Shown: one piece after another, positions 27,444 through 36,919 of the stretch
How the letters are laid out: every line of letters begins with the position of its first letter
How positions within the stretch are numbered: position 1 is the first letter of the stretch
From: Candidatus Moraniibacteriota bacterium
Lineage (GTDB): Bacteria; Patescibacteriota; Minisyncoccia; Moranbacterales; GWC2-37-73
DNA: 64,000 nt
Assembly: GCA_003507445.1 (NCBI GenBank)
Contig: DNVR01000004.1
Coordinates: 28,243-92,242, forward strand
Reading direction: 5' to 3'
Program-made: the position numbers and the translations under genes
Notes under the pieces: generated by a model
The model's database searches: none
What the model was told of the DNA's origin: nothing
Seen by the model: only the letters and a program-made list of their open reading frames with translations

Positions 27444-29759
27444 CTAGTTAATAATTGTTGATGAATATTCATAGATTGGTTGAGCGTCAAAACTTCCGTT
27501 TGAAAATTTTCCAACACCGACAGTTTTTGCAGTTTTTTCATCACCGGCATTTAATTGAACACAAAAATTTTTATCCTTTGCATCGAGAGCTTTTTCGAAA
27601 TATGCTTTTGCCGTTCTTTTTTCTCCTTTTTTATTAACAATATCTTCTTTTTTAATAATAACCGATGCTACTTTTTCTGTTGATTTTTCCAAACAATCCC
27701 CTTTAAACATTTCCAGTAAAACATCACTACTAACATCTTTTTTTGCATTCACCTGCAACTTTAAAGAAATTCCTGCCAAGAAATCATCTTTTGAATAAAA
27801 TGAAAAACTCACAGGCAAAACAATTCTTTCTGTCTTTTCTTTGCTTTCTTCTTTTTCATATTCATAAACAGGATTTGCTTCTTTTTTTAATTTAAGCAAA
27901 TAATTATCCCCCACCGTTTCTAATTTTTCATAATCATCGATAGTAAACATATTGCAATCAGTGCATTGAGCACTTTCATTAGCATTGAAATATATTAAGG
28001 TATGATTTTGATCCTGCTTAAGCCAAATAGGATAATCATCAACGCTGCTATAAGAAAAGTTAAGTTCAGAATATTTTCCCGAATGCTTAGTGACAAGAGA
28101 ATCAGTTCGAGGCCAAATACCACTATAAGCAAAAGCCCACAAAACATTTTTGTTTGGTCCCATTATAAAAATTTTTCCATCTTGCAAAAGATTGCTATGT
28201 TTATTTTTTATCACATCGAGCAATTTCATTTGCTCAGCCGATAGTTCCGGTGCTTTTTCATTATTTAAAATTATCTGAACATTTTTTTCCATTAACGGAA
28301 AAAAGTTAAAACCGACTTCGAAAATTTTACCAATACCAAACGCTAACAAAAACAAAAATGCAATCACGGTCAACTGTTTTTTAAAAATCCTAAAAACACT
28401 CCAATCTTTTTTGATAATTTTCCCTAAAAACATTTTTAAAAAATTATATTTTTCTTCAAAAAACATCAGTGCCAAAACCCAGACTGACGGCACAACTAAA
28501 TATAAAACTTTCATTGCTGTGTAATGCGAAACAAGCACACCGTTTTTATATAAAACTGCCAGTATCAAAGCAAATATTGCTACGCCACCAAAAAATGCGG
28601 TAACAAATTTTTTATCATCAGAATTTTTATTCCAATCACGCAACAATGAAAAAAATTGCCAAACTGCAAAAGGTGCTATCAAAAGAGCATCTGACAAAAG
28701 CTGACCCTGAAATGCGACTCCTCCATCGGAACTTGAGTATTGAAACATATTAAACTTGAACAAAATCAAAATATAACCAGCACAAAAAATAAATCCAACT
28801 ACCAAGGGCGATACTGCTTTCAAAAATTTTTGCAAAAAATTATTAGCTTCCAAGTTCGACAATAAAAATCTAATCCCCACGAAAGCCAAAGCTACAGGCA
28901 GCCAATAAAAATAAGTTGTAATCATTGCTCCAAAAATAATCGCGGGCACAAAAAAAGATTCTTTCTTTTGCAAATACGCTTCATAGGTATCAGCAAACGC
29001 CACCAAAAACAAAAGTCCCAACAATTGCGTTGAATGCGAAGTGGCAACCAAGTTAAAAAAAGAACCCAACAATATTATTATGCCCAAAGCTGCTAAAGTA
29101 ACCTTTTCTTTTATTATCTTTCTGGTATAAATCATCAGAATAAAATAACCCGACAATATCGCATAACAAAAAGCATTAAAAACCTGCAGAGTCATTGCTG
29201 AATTTTTAGGATCAAGCAATGTTTCCAAAAAAGCAAATGCAGCCGTAGCCCCAGGAAAATATGTTTCATTATGTTTTGGTGCAATCGTTGCATCGCCCGA
29301 AGCTTCTTCGACCAAATTTTTTCCAAAAACAACCATTCTGCCATTTTTGGCGGTGTCACTCATATACAAAAAATGCGTCCCACTGTCAGGCGTAGAATAT
29401 CGCGGAACATTCAAATCCCAATGAAAATATGAGCTTGCGAAAAGAAACGATATAAAAACAATGACAATCGAAAATGCATATGCACTTTTGTTTTTCCAAT
29501 AAGCCAACTTGGCTTTTTCAACAATATTTTCTTTTCGAAAAAAGGCTGCCAACAAAAATATTGCTGCAAACAAAGCAATCCAATGCCAACGTCCAATCGA
29601 AAAATCAAACAGCCAATTCAAATTGAACATTCCAATCACTGCAATTGCAAAAACCAAAACGGACATTTTGAAAATTAGCAGTGCATCACGCTCACGCAAA
29701 ATCGCAAAAGCTGCCAAAAAAGCAACAAAAAACAGCAGCAGAGAAATAATTACATTCAT
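27444..29759 (-). CDS. large polytopic membrane protein with C-terminal extracytoplasmic domain (GT-C candidate)
   Basis: 771 aa. The first 470 aa are multi-TM and the C-terminal 300 aa are soluble. This architecture parallels 4659..6842 and 39148..41148. Confidence 0.4.
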   Translation of the reverse strand: MNVIISLLLFFVAFLAAFAILRERDALLIFKMSVLVFAIAVIGMFNLNWLFDFSIGRWHWIALFAAIFLLAAFFRKENIVEKAKLAYWKNKSAYAFSIVIVFISFLFASSYFHWDLNVPRYSTPDSGTHFLYMSDTAKNGRMVVFGKNLVEEASGDATIAPKHNETYFPGATAAFAFLETLLDPKNSAMTLQVFNAFCYAILSGYFILMIYTRKIIKEKVTLAALGIIILLGSFFNLVATSHSTQLLGLLFLVAFADTYEAYLQKKESFFVPAIIFGAMITTYFYWLPVALAFVGIRFLLSNLEANNFLQKFLKAVSPLVVGFIFCAGYILILFKFNMFQYSSSDGGVAFQGQLLSDALLIAPFAVWQFFSLLRDWNKNSDDKKFVTAFFGGVAIFALILAVLYKNGVLVSHYTAMKVLYLVVPSVWVLALMFFEEKYNFLKMFLGKIIKKDWSVFRIFKKQLTVIAFLFLLAFGIGKIFEVGFNFFPLMEKNVQIILNNEKAPELSAEQMKLLDVIKNKHSNLLQDGKIFIMGPNKNVLWAFAYSGIWPRTDSLVTKHSGKYSELNFSYSSVDDYPIWLKQDQNHTLIYFNANESAQCTDCNMFTIDDYEKLETVGDNYLLKLKKEANPVYEYEKEESKEKTERIVLPVSFSFYSKDDFLAGISLKLQVNAKKDVSSDVLLEMFKGDCLEKSTEKVASVIIKKEDIVNKKGEKRTAKAYFEKALDAKDKNFCVQLNAGDEKTAKTVGVGKFSNGSFDAQPIYEYSSTIIN

Positions 29760-29779
29760 AATGATTTATTAATACCCTT

Positions 29780-31198
29780 TTATTTTTGACTGTTAATATA
29801 TTGTTCGTAAACAGGGTTGCCAGGATGTTTTACTTTGTCATATTGATTAAGATATATCGCTTTGAACACAAAAAAGAAAATAACAACCACAAAAGTCACA
29901 AACAACAAATTGAGATTTTTCTTGACCCATTGAAATTTGAAACTAAATTTGGCCTTATAAAACGTAAAGATTAAAAGAGGCACAATTGCCAAGAAATATC
30001 TTCCTTGCACACCGGAAACTTTTTCTGCTCCGATCTTACTCCATCCCAAGTAAAGAGCCAGATAAATGAGCGTGAAATTCATCAAAAATACCGTCAGCAT
30101 AATTGCTCGTTGACGAAAAGACAATCCAACTTCTTCATCGGTATTTTTAATAAAAATAAGACCGCCAAAAAAAGTCAGCACATACAGCCAACTTTCAAAT
30201 GACGCTCCATTTCCAACCTTGAAAATCATTCCTTCCAGATGAGGAACAAACCCGCTTGCGCCATAATATGAGTCAAACACTGCATACAAAAAATGAAACG
30301 GTGCAAAAATAACAAACTTCATTTGCTCGGCAGGATTTGTCCAATCGGGCGGTGCAATATCCTTAAAAATAGAACGAATAACCAAAAGAAAAGCCGCATT
30401 GATTGCAACGAAGCCCAAGGTGGTCAGCCAATAATTTCTTTTATTTTTGAATTTACTCATTGGCAAAATGAAAATCAAAAAGGACAAAGCAAAATATCCC
30501 AATTTAACATTCAATCCGAAAAGAGACAGAGCCAAAAGCAAAACAAGATTTTTTTTGGTCAAAAAATTTTCCCTTTCCATCGCCAATTTCAAAATATATG
30601 CCAAAAATACTGCCGCAAAAGCAATTGCAACACCATCATAGCTCAGCGACGCAAACTGACGAATTGTCATTGGCAAAAGTCCCACAATCAAGAAAATTAT
30701 TTTTCCAAACGGAACAATCTTAATCGCCCAATAAAACAAAGCTATCGATAAAAGCAATGTTAGGACACGCGCCAAATAAAACGAAGCCAGCGCCGAAAGC
30801 CCAGCTCCCTGTCCCAATTTCAAACCTGCTGCTTGAGAAATATATCCAAACGGAGTTGATGGACAATTAGCTCCACCAATGACACCTTTTTCAGCATTAT
30901 CACTTTCAAACAATTTTTCTTTCAGCTTTGCCACTACAATCTTTTTTTCTTTAATACCATCGTATTTAATTGGCTTAATCTGATCAGGCAAAACTGTTGC
31001 AGTCAAGGGAATTTCGTCTTTTCCAGTGCAATACAAATATCCCTCCGCGATTGACCAAGCTTTCCAATAATGTGCGTGTTCATCTGGCACCCCAGCAAAA
31101 GGTGGATTAACAAAGGCCATCAACAAGCCAAAAGACAACGCCAAAGACAAATACAAGTTTTCCTTTTTCGCCAAAAAGTTTCGTAATTTCAATTTCAT
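29780..31198 (-). CDS. DUF2142-like GT-C membrane protein
   Basis: 472 aa. An N-terminal loop AGVPDEHAHYWKAW carries the DE motif. The protein is polytopic. Confidence 0.45.
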   Translation of the reverse strand: MKLKLRNFLAKKENLYLSLALSFGLLMAFVNPPFAGVPDEHAHYWKAWSIAEGYLYCTGKDEIPLTATVLPDQIKPIKYDGIKEKKIVVAKLKEKLFESDNAEKGVIGGANCPSTPFGYISQAAGLKLGQGAGLSALASFYLARVLTLLLSIALFYWAIKIVPFGKIIFLIVGLLPMTIRQFASLSYDGVAIAFAAVFLAYILKLAMERENFLTKKNLVLLLALSLFGLNVKLGYFALSFLIFILPMSKFKNKRNYWLTTLGFVAINAAFLLVIRSIFKDIAPPDWTNPAEQMKFVIFAPFHFLYAVFDSYYGASGFVPHLEGMIFKVGNGASFESWLYVLTFFGGLIFIKNTDEEVGLSFRQRAIMLTVFLMNFTLIYLALYLGWSKIGAEKVSGVQGRYFLAIVPLLIFTFYKAKFSFKFQWVKKNLNLLFVTFVVVIFFFVFKAIYLNQYDKVKHPGNPVYEQYINSQK

Positions 31199-31330
31199 TT
31201 TGTTGTTTAAATGATATTATTTTTTAATAATATCACATTAAAACCCCTTTTACTAGCCAACAAAACAACTAAAATATGGCTGCATAAAACTATCACTAGA
31301 CATCTAAAATATGGGTGCTATACTTTTTAT

Positions 31331-31522
31331 ATGAGAATAACTAAATGTGACATTTGCAAAAAAACAATCAAACGAGGAACTGAACGCCTCGATTTAAGTT
31401 ATAGCAATATTAAGACTTTTGCTTCTTTTGAACTTTGCACTATTTGCAGTGTTCCGATAATAAAATTTTTGCAGGATAAAAAGCTAATCAAAATTGAAGA
31501 AAACAAAAAAGATGAAAAATAA
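31331..31522 (+). CDS. small zinc-ribbon protein (CxxC...CxxC), hypothetical
   Basis: 63 aa, MRITKCDICKK...ELCTICSV. I chose the internal ATG of track ORF 31211..31522. Confidence 0.35.
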   Translation: MRITKCDICKKTIKRGTERLDLSYSNIKTFASFELCTICSVPIIKFLQDKKLIKIEENKKDEK

Positions 31523-31907
31523 CAATCAACTTAATAAAGAAATTACACTTAGCGCTATAGCTGAACTTATTGAAGCTAGTGCAAAGAAAACCTCTGCGGC
31601 ATTGGAAGCTAAGATTGAAGCTAGTGCAAAGAAAACCATAGAAACACTAGAAGCAAAAATTGAACAGTCTGCTGAAAATTTAGCAACGATGACCCAAAAT
31701 CAATTTCTGGAAATAGATGCACGATTTGATAGTGTAGACAAAAGATTTGATAGTGTAGACAAAAGATTAGATAACGTTGAAATAAGATTAGCAGGTGTTG
31801 AAATGAAAGTTGACCGTATTGAAGGTGAAATTATCAAGAAAGTTGACACGGTTAAATATAACACAACCAAATATCGCGTAAAAAAACTGGAAGAAAAATT
31901 CGCATAA
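31512..31907 (+). CDS. coiled-coil protein with RFDSVDKR repeats (hypothetical)
   Basis: The track start 31494 is TTG; the first ATG is at 31512. Heptad-rich sequence includes tandem RFDSVDKRFDSVDKRLDNVEIRLAGVE. It is a paralog of 32223..32645. Confidence 0.5.
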   Translation: MKNNNQLNKEITLSAIAELIEASAKKTSAALEAKIEASAKKTIETLEAKIEQSAENLATMTQNQFLEIDARFDSVDKRFDSVDKRLDNVEIRLAGVEMKVDRIEGEIIKKVDTVKYNTTKYRVKKLEEKFA

Positions 31908-31934
31908 AAAACATCCATACACAACGAAACTAAC

Positions 31935-31962
31935 AAAAAACTGGCATAGTACCAGTTTTTTG
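31935..31962 (+). terminator. weak rho-independent terminator
   Basis: AAAAAACTGG catagta CCAGTTTTTT, a 5-bp stem flanked by A6/T6. Confidence 0.4.
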
Positions 31963-32070
31963 ATGCTCAAATTCCCTTCCACATCCACTGGTGAGTATTA
32001 ACCAGTCAATACTCACCCCATATCTAATATATTAGCCTTATTTAAGCCATATATAGACGCTTTTTGGTAT

Positions 32071-32166
32071 ACTCAAATTCCCGTCCCCATCCATATATTA
32101 ATTAAAGGATGTGATAATGTTTTAACTCAAAAGAGACATTCCTGCCGAGAACGGTCCTCGGCAAGT
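32071..32166. repeat. composite repeat copy A (AT palindrome catccatatattaattaaaggatg + GC hairpin ccgagaacggtcctcgg)
   Basis: It shares both modules, and the linker ttttaactcaaaagRgacattcct, with copies at 32691-32856 and 33204-33293. Confidence 0.5.
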
Positions 32167-32173
32167 TTACCCA

Positions 32174-32207
32174 TCAAAAAAATCAGAACTTAGTTCTGAT
32201 TTTTTCC
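32174..32207. terminator. bidirectional rho-independent terminator
   Basis: AAAAAA ATCAGAAC tta GTTCTGAT TTTTT, located 15 nt beyond the stop of the minus-strand gene 32223..32645. Confidence 0.6.
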
Positions 32208-32222
32208 TTCCATGTATTGATT

Positions 32223-32645
32223 TTATTGAGTTGCGAAAGTTGCTTTTTCCAATTTAAATATCCGCTTTTCATGTTTATCTATAACCTCTTTCTCAGCTTT
32301 ATTATCAAGTTTTTCTTTTATTTCCTTAACATCACTCTGTGTATCTTTTATGTCGATTTTCATTTCAACGATATTTGCTTTAACATAATCCATATCTTCA
32401 ATCAAAAAATTAACATTCTCTTCAACACCACCAAGTCTAATATCAAATCTTTCAAATTTTTCTTTCAAATCAGAAACTTCCGATTTAACTTCATTCAATC
32501 CTCTTTTTACATCATCCAACCCCTCGCCAAAAACCTTAAAATCTCCTCGAATTTCTTCAAGAATTGCAACGACTTGATCCTTTGGCATTGAATCTTTTTT
32601 TGTTTCTTGTTTTTTTCCCATAAATTTATTATAACATCGAGCCAA
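32223..32645 (-). CDS. coiled-coil protein (paralog of 31512..31907), hypothetical
   Basis: The track start 32645 is TTG. ATG at 32621 (MGKKQETKK) is favoured because a TTGACG-16-TATAAT promoter ends 6 nt upstream, giving a leaderless mRNA. It shares the RFD..RL.GVE motif with its paralog. Confidence 0.5.
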   Translation of the reverse strand: MARCYNKFMGKKQETKKDSMPKDQVVAILEEIRGDFKVFGEGLDDVKRGLNEVKSEVSDLKEKFERFDIRLGGVEENVNFLIEDMDYVKANIVEMKIDIKDTQSDVKEIKEKLDNKAEKEVIDKHEKRIFKLEKATFATQ

Positions 32646-32655
32646 CTTTCGTCAA
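32628..32655 (-). promoter_or_regulatory. sigma70-like promoter (TTGACG-16-TATAAT), leaderless start
   Basis: Minus-strand reading is ttgacg aaagttggctcgatgt tataat aaattt ATG. Confidence 0.45.
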
Positions 32656-32690
32656 ATACTTCCACCTACGCTCTACCTACAATAAAACCA

Positions 32691-32856
32691 CGTCCATATA
32701 TTAATTAATTGATGTGAGGTATTTTTAATTAACCATTCCTGCCGAGTACGGTCCTTGGTGAGAATCCACATATGCGGCGCCACTAGCTGACGACCGCACA
32801 GAAGTGGCGCCAAATAGATTATGTGTGCCTAGACTGCCGAGGACCGTCCTCGGTGG
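32691..32856. repeat. composite repeat copy B (AT palindrome + two GC hairpins + extra GGCGCCACT...AGTGGCGCC hairpin)
   Basis: cgtccatatattaattaattgatgtg; ccattcctgccgagtacggtccttgg; gactgccgaggaccgtcctcgg. Confidence 0.5.
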
Positions 32857-32892
32857 ATTAATCTTATCGAATTAACTGAAATAGCAGTACAT

Positions 32893-32985
32893 TGTCATCC
32901 TCAGCTTGCCGTGCCCGCCTATGGAGGGACTGGGGATCCAGAGTGATGCCTGGCCATGGATTCCCTTTTTCAAGGGAATGACAAA
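32893..32985. repeat. GC-rich nested-hairpin element (gtcat...gggaatgac family)
   Basis: tgtcatcctcagcttgccgtgcccgcctatggagggactggggatccagagtgatgcctggccatggattccctttttcaagggaatgacaaa. It is about 90% identical to 62792-62882, and its 3' hairpin equals the reverse complement of 21104-21126. Confidence 0.55.
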
Positions 32986-33203
32986 CTACTATAGATTCAG
33001 TTATTTTGGTATTATTAAAATCATTTAGTGTCAACTTCGCTGTACATCATTATTGTATTCAGTGTCAAGTATAATTTACACTGATTTTTATTTGCAGTAT
33101 ATTACCCTGTCTTAGCTCTTTTTTCATCTTTTTTATTGTTTTCCATTTTTATTATTTATGATGATATTATATCACTTCTTTATTTTATTAACAAGATAAA
33201 CAA

Positions 33204-33293
33204 AACACATCCATATATTAATTAATGGATGTGTTTTGTTTTAATTCATTTTAACTCAAAAGGGACATTCCTACCGAGGACCGTCCTCGGTGG
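33204..33293. repeat. composite repeat copy C (11-bp-arm palindrome aacacatccat...atggatgtgtt + GC hairpin ccgaggaccgtcctcgg)
   Basis: The hairpin ends 4 nt before the stop of minus-strand gene 33295..34449. Confidence 0.5.
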
Positions 33294-33294
33294 T

Positions 33295-34449
33295 TTACTC
33301 CTTATTAATAACTTTTTCCAAAAGATTGATTGAATGATTCCAAGTCCAATTTTTTACTGTCTTATAGCCACCTTCAATTAATTTATTCTTCAATTCCCTA
33401 TCATTTATCAACTGCTGGATGGCTTTTTTTGCACCCTCCACATCCCCCTGTTCAACAACGAGTGCATTTTCACCGTCAACAATATATTCGTCATAGCCAG
33501 TCACTTTTCCAACCACCACAGCACAGCCACAAGCCATTGCTTCCATAGGTGGACCAAAAAATCCTTCAATTCTACTCATCTTAAGAAAAATATCGCAAGA
33601 TGAATAAATTTCATTCATTTTATCAAATGGTACGTTTTCAAAAAACTTATCGTATTTCCAATTACTTTTAGGTTTTCCATTGTTACTCACAATCCAAAGT
33701 TCGCAGTCCAAATCCTTTACTGCATTATATGCATCTTCCATACCCTTGTATGGAACATCTATTGAGCCTTCAAGTAAAATTCTAGGCTTTTCTGTTTTAA
33801 CTATTAATGGCTTTGTTTTATAAAACAAATTTTCATCCAATCCATTGGGAACATAATAAGATTCTTTACCACAATCATTTTTTAACCATTTCTGAATCCA
33901 AAGTGCTTCAGTCATATACTCCAAGGGAAGTGAATATGTTTTCTTTATAATACTGCAAAGATCTTCATTATCTGAAAAAAATCTGCTCTCATCTGATTGC
34001 ACAAAATATATTTTTCTTCTTGTTTGAGCCATATCAACAGTAAATGCAGTGCTATATGCAGTTGCAATCAAAATATCAATCTCGCCACTTTTTAATATTT
34101 CTTTTGTTTTATTAAATGGCAAAATTTCAATTTCTTGATCAGGAAACCAACTTGCATCATTTTTATTTGTGAGAGAAAGAATTTTTACATCATATCCCCT
34201 CTTTTTTAATCTATTTGCGTGTTGAAAAATTACCGCAATACCTCCAGAAATTTTTACACCAGGAACAAGATAATAAATTTTCTGCTCTTTACCAGTTTTA
34301 TTTTTAACAGTATTAATAATGGATTTTCTGTTCTCATTAAATTTTTTCCATCTAGAATATTCTCCATCAAAAAAGAAACGGGTTTTAATTGTTTTGCTAT
34401 TTATATATAAATAGCACTTTTTAAAAAATAATATTGAAAATGAATCCAT
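33295..34449 (-). CDS. GT4-family glycosyltransferase
   Basis: 384 aa. The C-terminal domain IEGFFGPPMEAMACGCAVVVG is the GT4 E-x7-E region. Confidence 0.65.
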   Translation of the reverse strand: MDSFSILFFKKCYLYINSKTIKTRFFFDGEYSRWKKFNENRKSIINTVKNKTGKEQKIYYLVPGVKISGGIAVIFQHANRLKKRGYDVKILSLTNKNDASWFPDQEIEILPFNKTKEILKSGEIDILIATAYSTAFTVDMAQTRRKIYFVQSDESRFFSDNEDLCSIIKKTYSLPLEYMTEALWIQKWLKNDCGKESYYVPNGLDENLFYKTKPLIVKTEKPRILLEGSIDVPYKGMEDAYNAVKDLDCELWIVSNNGKPKSNWKYDKFFENVPFDKMNEIYSSCDIFLKMSRIEGFFGPPMEAMACGCAVVVGKVTGYDEYIVDGENALVVEQGDVEGAKKAIQQLINDRELKNKLIEGGYKTVKNWTWNHSINLLEKVINKE

Positions 34450-34634
34450 ACGCTACATATTAGCAAATTGAATAATTAGCACCCTATTAAAAGTATAAAT
34501 TGTATTAAAGATAAACACAACACATGTTAATGCTAGCAATATTGCCAGCAATTGCTTTTTTAATCAAAATATTTTATTATTATATATGTTTCAAACAAAC
34601 TAAGCTACTTTTTTATATATAATATCACTACAAT

Positions 34635-35558
34635 ATGACTGTTATTATTCACGGATCCAATTCAACAAAGAACGCGAAAAAAGCTGCGAAAAAAAATAGT
34701 TTACCAATATTTAAAGCAAAAATGATTTCATTTTCAAATTCAGAATTTAAAATAACCATTGATGGAAAAGTAAAGAACAAAAAATGTATAATAATCCAGT
34801 CTCTTTGCAATCCTACTAATGATAGCATTATTGAGCTTTTTTTTATTATTAATGCGTTAAAAAAAGAAGGTGCCACCTTAGTTAATCTGATAATTCCTTA
34901 TTTTGGATATGCTCGTCAACACAAACAATATCTAAGAGGAGAATGTGTATCATTTGAGGTTTTAGCTACCTGTTTTTTAAGCTTAGGTGTAAAAAAAATA
35001 ACAACCTTTGATGTTCACGATAACAATTCAATTAAAAATTTTTCATTGCCAATAAAAAATATCTCACTACTTCCCTATTTATCAAAAAAAATAAAACCAT
35101 TACTTTTTAAAAAATTCCCCAATTTTAACATTGTAGTTGCCTCACCAGACAAAGGAGGCTTAGCACGAGCCACTCTTTTCAATAAGGCACTAACAAAAAA
35201 TAATACCAGAGTTGTATTTGTAGAAAAAAAACGAAATTACAAAAAAGCTCATGACTCAAGGGCTGTGCTTATCAATGGTGAAGTTTTAAATAAAAATGTA
35301 CTTTTAGTTGATGATATATCTACTAGTGGTGGGACAATAATAAATGCAGCTAACATATGCTTACAAAACGGAGCAAAAAGCGTTTCTGCATTAATAATAC
35401 ATGCCGATTTAGCCATTGGCACAGCTAAAAAACTTCAAGAATCAACGCTTAAGTATATTTTTATTTCAGATACAATCGAAAAACCAATCGAGAATTTAAA
35501 AGGATTTAACAAGTTTACCACAATCCCTATTGGTAATTTTTTTGAGCATATGTTATAA
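34635..35558 (+). CDS. prs: ribose-phosphate pyrophosphokinase (PRPP synthetase), divergent cluster-embedded paralog
   Basis: 307 aa with IIPYFGYARQHKQ (PYfgYARQDR), FDVHDNN (DLHA), VVASPDKGGLARA and LLVDDISTSGGT (PRPP-binding loop), all in canonical order. Confidence 0.75.
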   Translation: MTVIIHGSNSTKNAKKAAKKNSLPIFKAKMISFSNSEFKITIDGKVKNKKCIIIQSLCNPTNDSIIELFFIINALKKEGATLVNLIIPYFGYARQHKQYLRGECVSFEVLATCFLSLGVKKITTFDVHDNNSIKNFSLPIKNISLLPYLSKKIKPLLFKKFPNFNIVVASPDKGGLARATLFNKALTKNNTRVVFVEKKRNYKKAHDSRAVLINGEVLNKNVLLVDDISTSGGTIINAANICLQNGAKSVSALIIHADLAIGTAKKLQESTLKYIFISDTIEKPIENLKGFNKFTTIPIGNFFEHML

Positions 35559-35579
35559 TCTATCAGTATTAATGCAATA

Positions 35580-36467
35580 ATGTGCTCAATCACTATGAAG
35601 AAATTACAATCTTACCTATCACTTATGAGACCAAAACAATGGGTAAAGAATTTATTAATATTTTTACCACTTTTTTTTGGTTTAAAACTTGGGAATATTG
35701 AATATCTCAGCGAAACAACAATCGCATTTGTACTTTTTTCAATGGTGGCCAGTAGCATCTATATTTTTAATGATATTAAAGACGTTGAAGAAGATAGGAG
35801 GCATTATGCAAAGAAAAAAAGGCCAATCGCTTCCTGTCTAATTAGTATACCTCAGGCATATGTCACAATGGCTATATTACTGATAGTGGGATGTTTTTTT
35901 GCGTTACTGGTTGATATTAGAATAGCCCAGTTTATGATTGCATATTTCATATTAAATATATTATATACGATCAAATTAAAAAGAATATCAATTATAGACA
36001 CATTTGTGATTGCTATTGGTTTTGTTATAAGGCTCTATATAGGATCAATTACAGCCCATGTAACATTATCTATGTGGATAGTACTTATGACATTTCTGCT
36101 TGCAATTTTCCTGGCCTTATCAAAAAGAAAAGATGACATTATTATCTTTGAAAATACCGGCAAAGAAACTAGAAAAAATATCCACGGCTATACTGTTGAA
36201 TTTCTAAATCTTTCAATGGTTATAATGGCTTCGATTGTTATGGTTTCATATATAATGTACACAACATCAGCAAGCACCATATTGATGAGACATGGTGATA
36301 AATTATATTTAACTGCCATATTCGTATTATTAGGGATAATGCGCTACATGCAAATAAATATAGTGACCGACGAAAGCAAAACTCCCACGGAAATTCTATA
36401 CGCAGATAAAACTATCCAATTTTCCATAATTGGCTGGATTATGGCTTTATTTTTTATAATGTATTAA
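35580..36467 (+). CDS. UbiA-superfamily polyprenyl-phosphate 5-phosphoribosyltransferase-like (DPPR synthase-like)
   Basis: 295 aa with about 8 TM helices. N-terminal RPKQWVKN and the Asp-rich motif NDIKDVEEDRRHYAKKKRPIASC match the NDxxDxxxDR...K.RP(I/L)A signature of the decaprenyl-phosphate phosphoribosyltransferase (Rv3806c/UbiA) clade. It lies directly after prs. Confidence 0.65.
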   Translation: MCSITMKKLQSYLSLMRPKQWVKNLLIFLPLFFGLKLGNIEYLSETTIAFVLFSMVASSIYIFNDIKDVEEDRRHYAKKKRPIASCLISIPQAYVTMAILLIVGCFFALLVDIRIAQFMIAYFILNILYTIKLKRISIIDTFVIAIGFVIRLYIGSITAHVTLSMWIVLMTFLLAIFLALSKRKDDIIIFENTGKETRKNIHGYTVEFLNLSMVIMASIVMVSYIMYTTSASTILMRHGDKLYLTAIFVLLGIMRYMQINIVTDESKTPTEILYADKTIQFSIIGWIMALFFIMY

Positions 36468-36469
36468 AG

Positions 36470-36919
36470 ATGTTAGCAACAAATAAACAAATACTAGAAA
36501 TATCCAATTCAATTATTATATTAGATATTGACGGAACAATTGTTTCTGATAGCGAATATCACATTGAAGAAGATATACTAGAATTAATAAGCGATTTAAA
36601 AAAAGAAAATACACTTTACCTGTGCTCGAATTCCAAAGATAGCAAAAGAAATACAAAAATAGCGGAAATACTTAATGTCCCACTCATCAATTCACCTCAC
36701 AAAAAACCCAACAAGGCTATTATAGACTACATTAACAACGAAGAAAAAAAGAATATCATTGTCATCGGAGATAAATTCTTAACTGATGGAATTTTTAGTA
36801 AAAACATAAACGCTAAATTCATAAAGGTCAGGAGAATTTCTAATCAAAAAGAAAGATTCATAATAAAGCTGATAAATATAATTGATGATATTGCCTACGC
36901 TATATGGAAAATGATGTAA
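36470..36919 (+). CDS. HAD-superfamily phosphatase (small, DxDxT)
   Basis: 149 aa with ILDIDGTIV (motif I) and VIGDKFLTDG (motif IV-like). Its position suggests dephosphorylation of the 5-phosphoribosyl-polyprenyl phosphate. Confidence 0.5.
   Translation: MLATNKQILEISNSIIILDIDGTIVSDSEYHIEEDILELISDLKKENTLYLCSNSKDSKRNTKIAEILNVPLINSPHKKPNKAIIDYINNEEKKNIIVIGDKFLTDGIFSKNINAKFIKVRRISNQKERFIIKLINIIDDIAYAIWKMM

Noticed and set aside
32071-33293. Three copies of a conserved ~90-nt composite repeat. I considered a CRISPR array.
   Set aside because: The copies are only about 70-85% identical and contain internal palindromes. Spacing is irregular (about 520-600 nt) and includes a gene and a different repeat family. 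No cas genes are present. The repeats are too long and too divergent for CRISPR.
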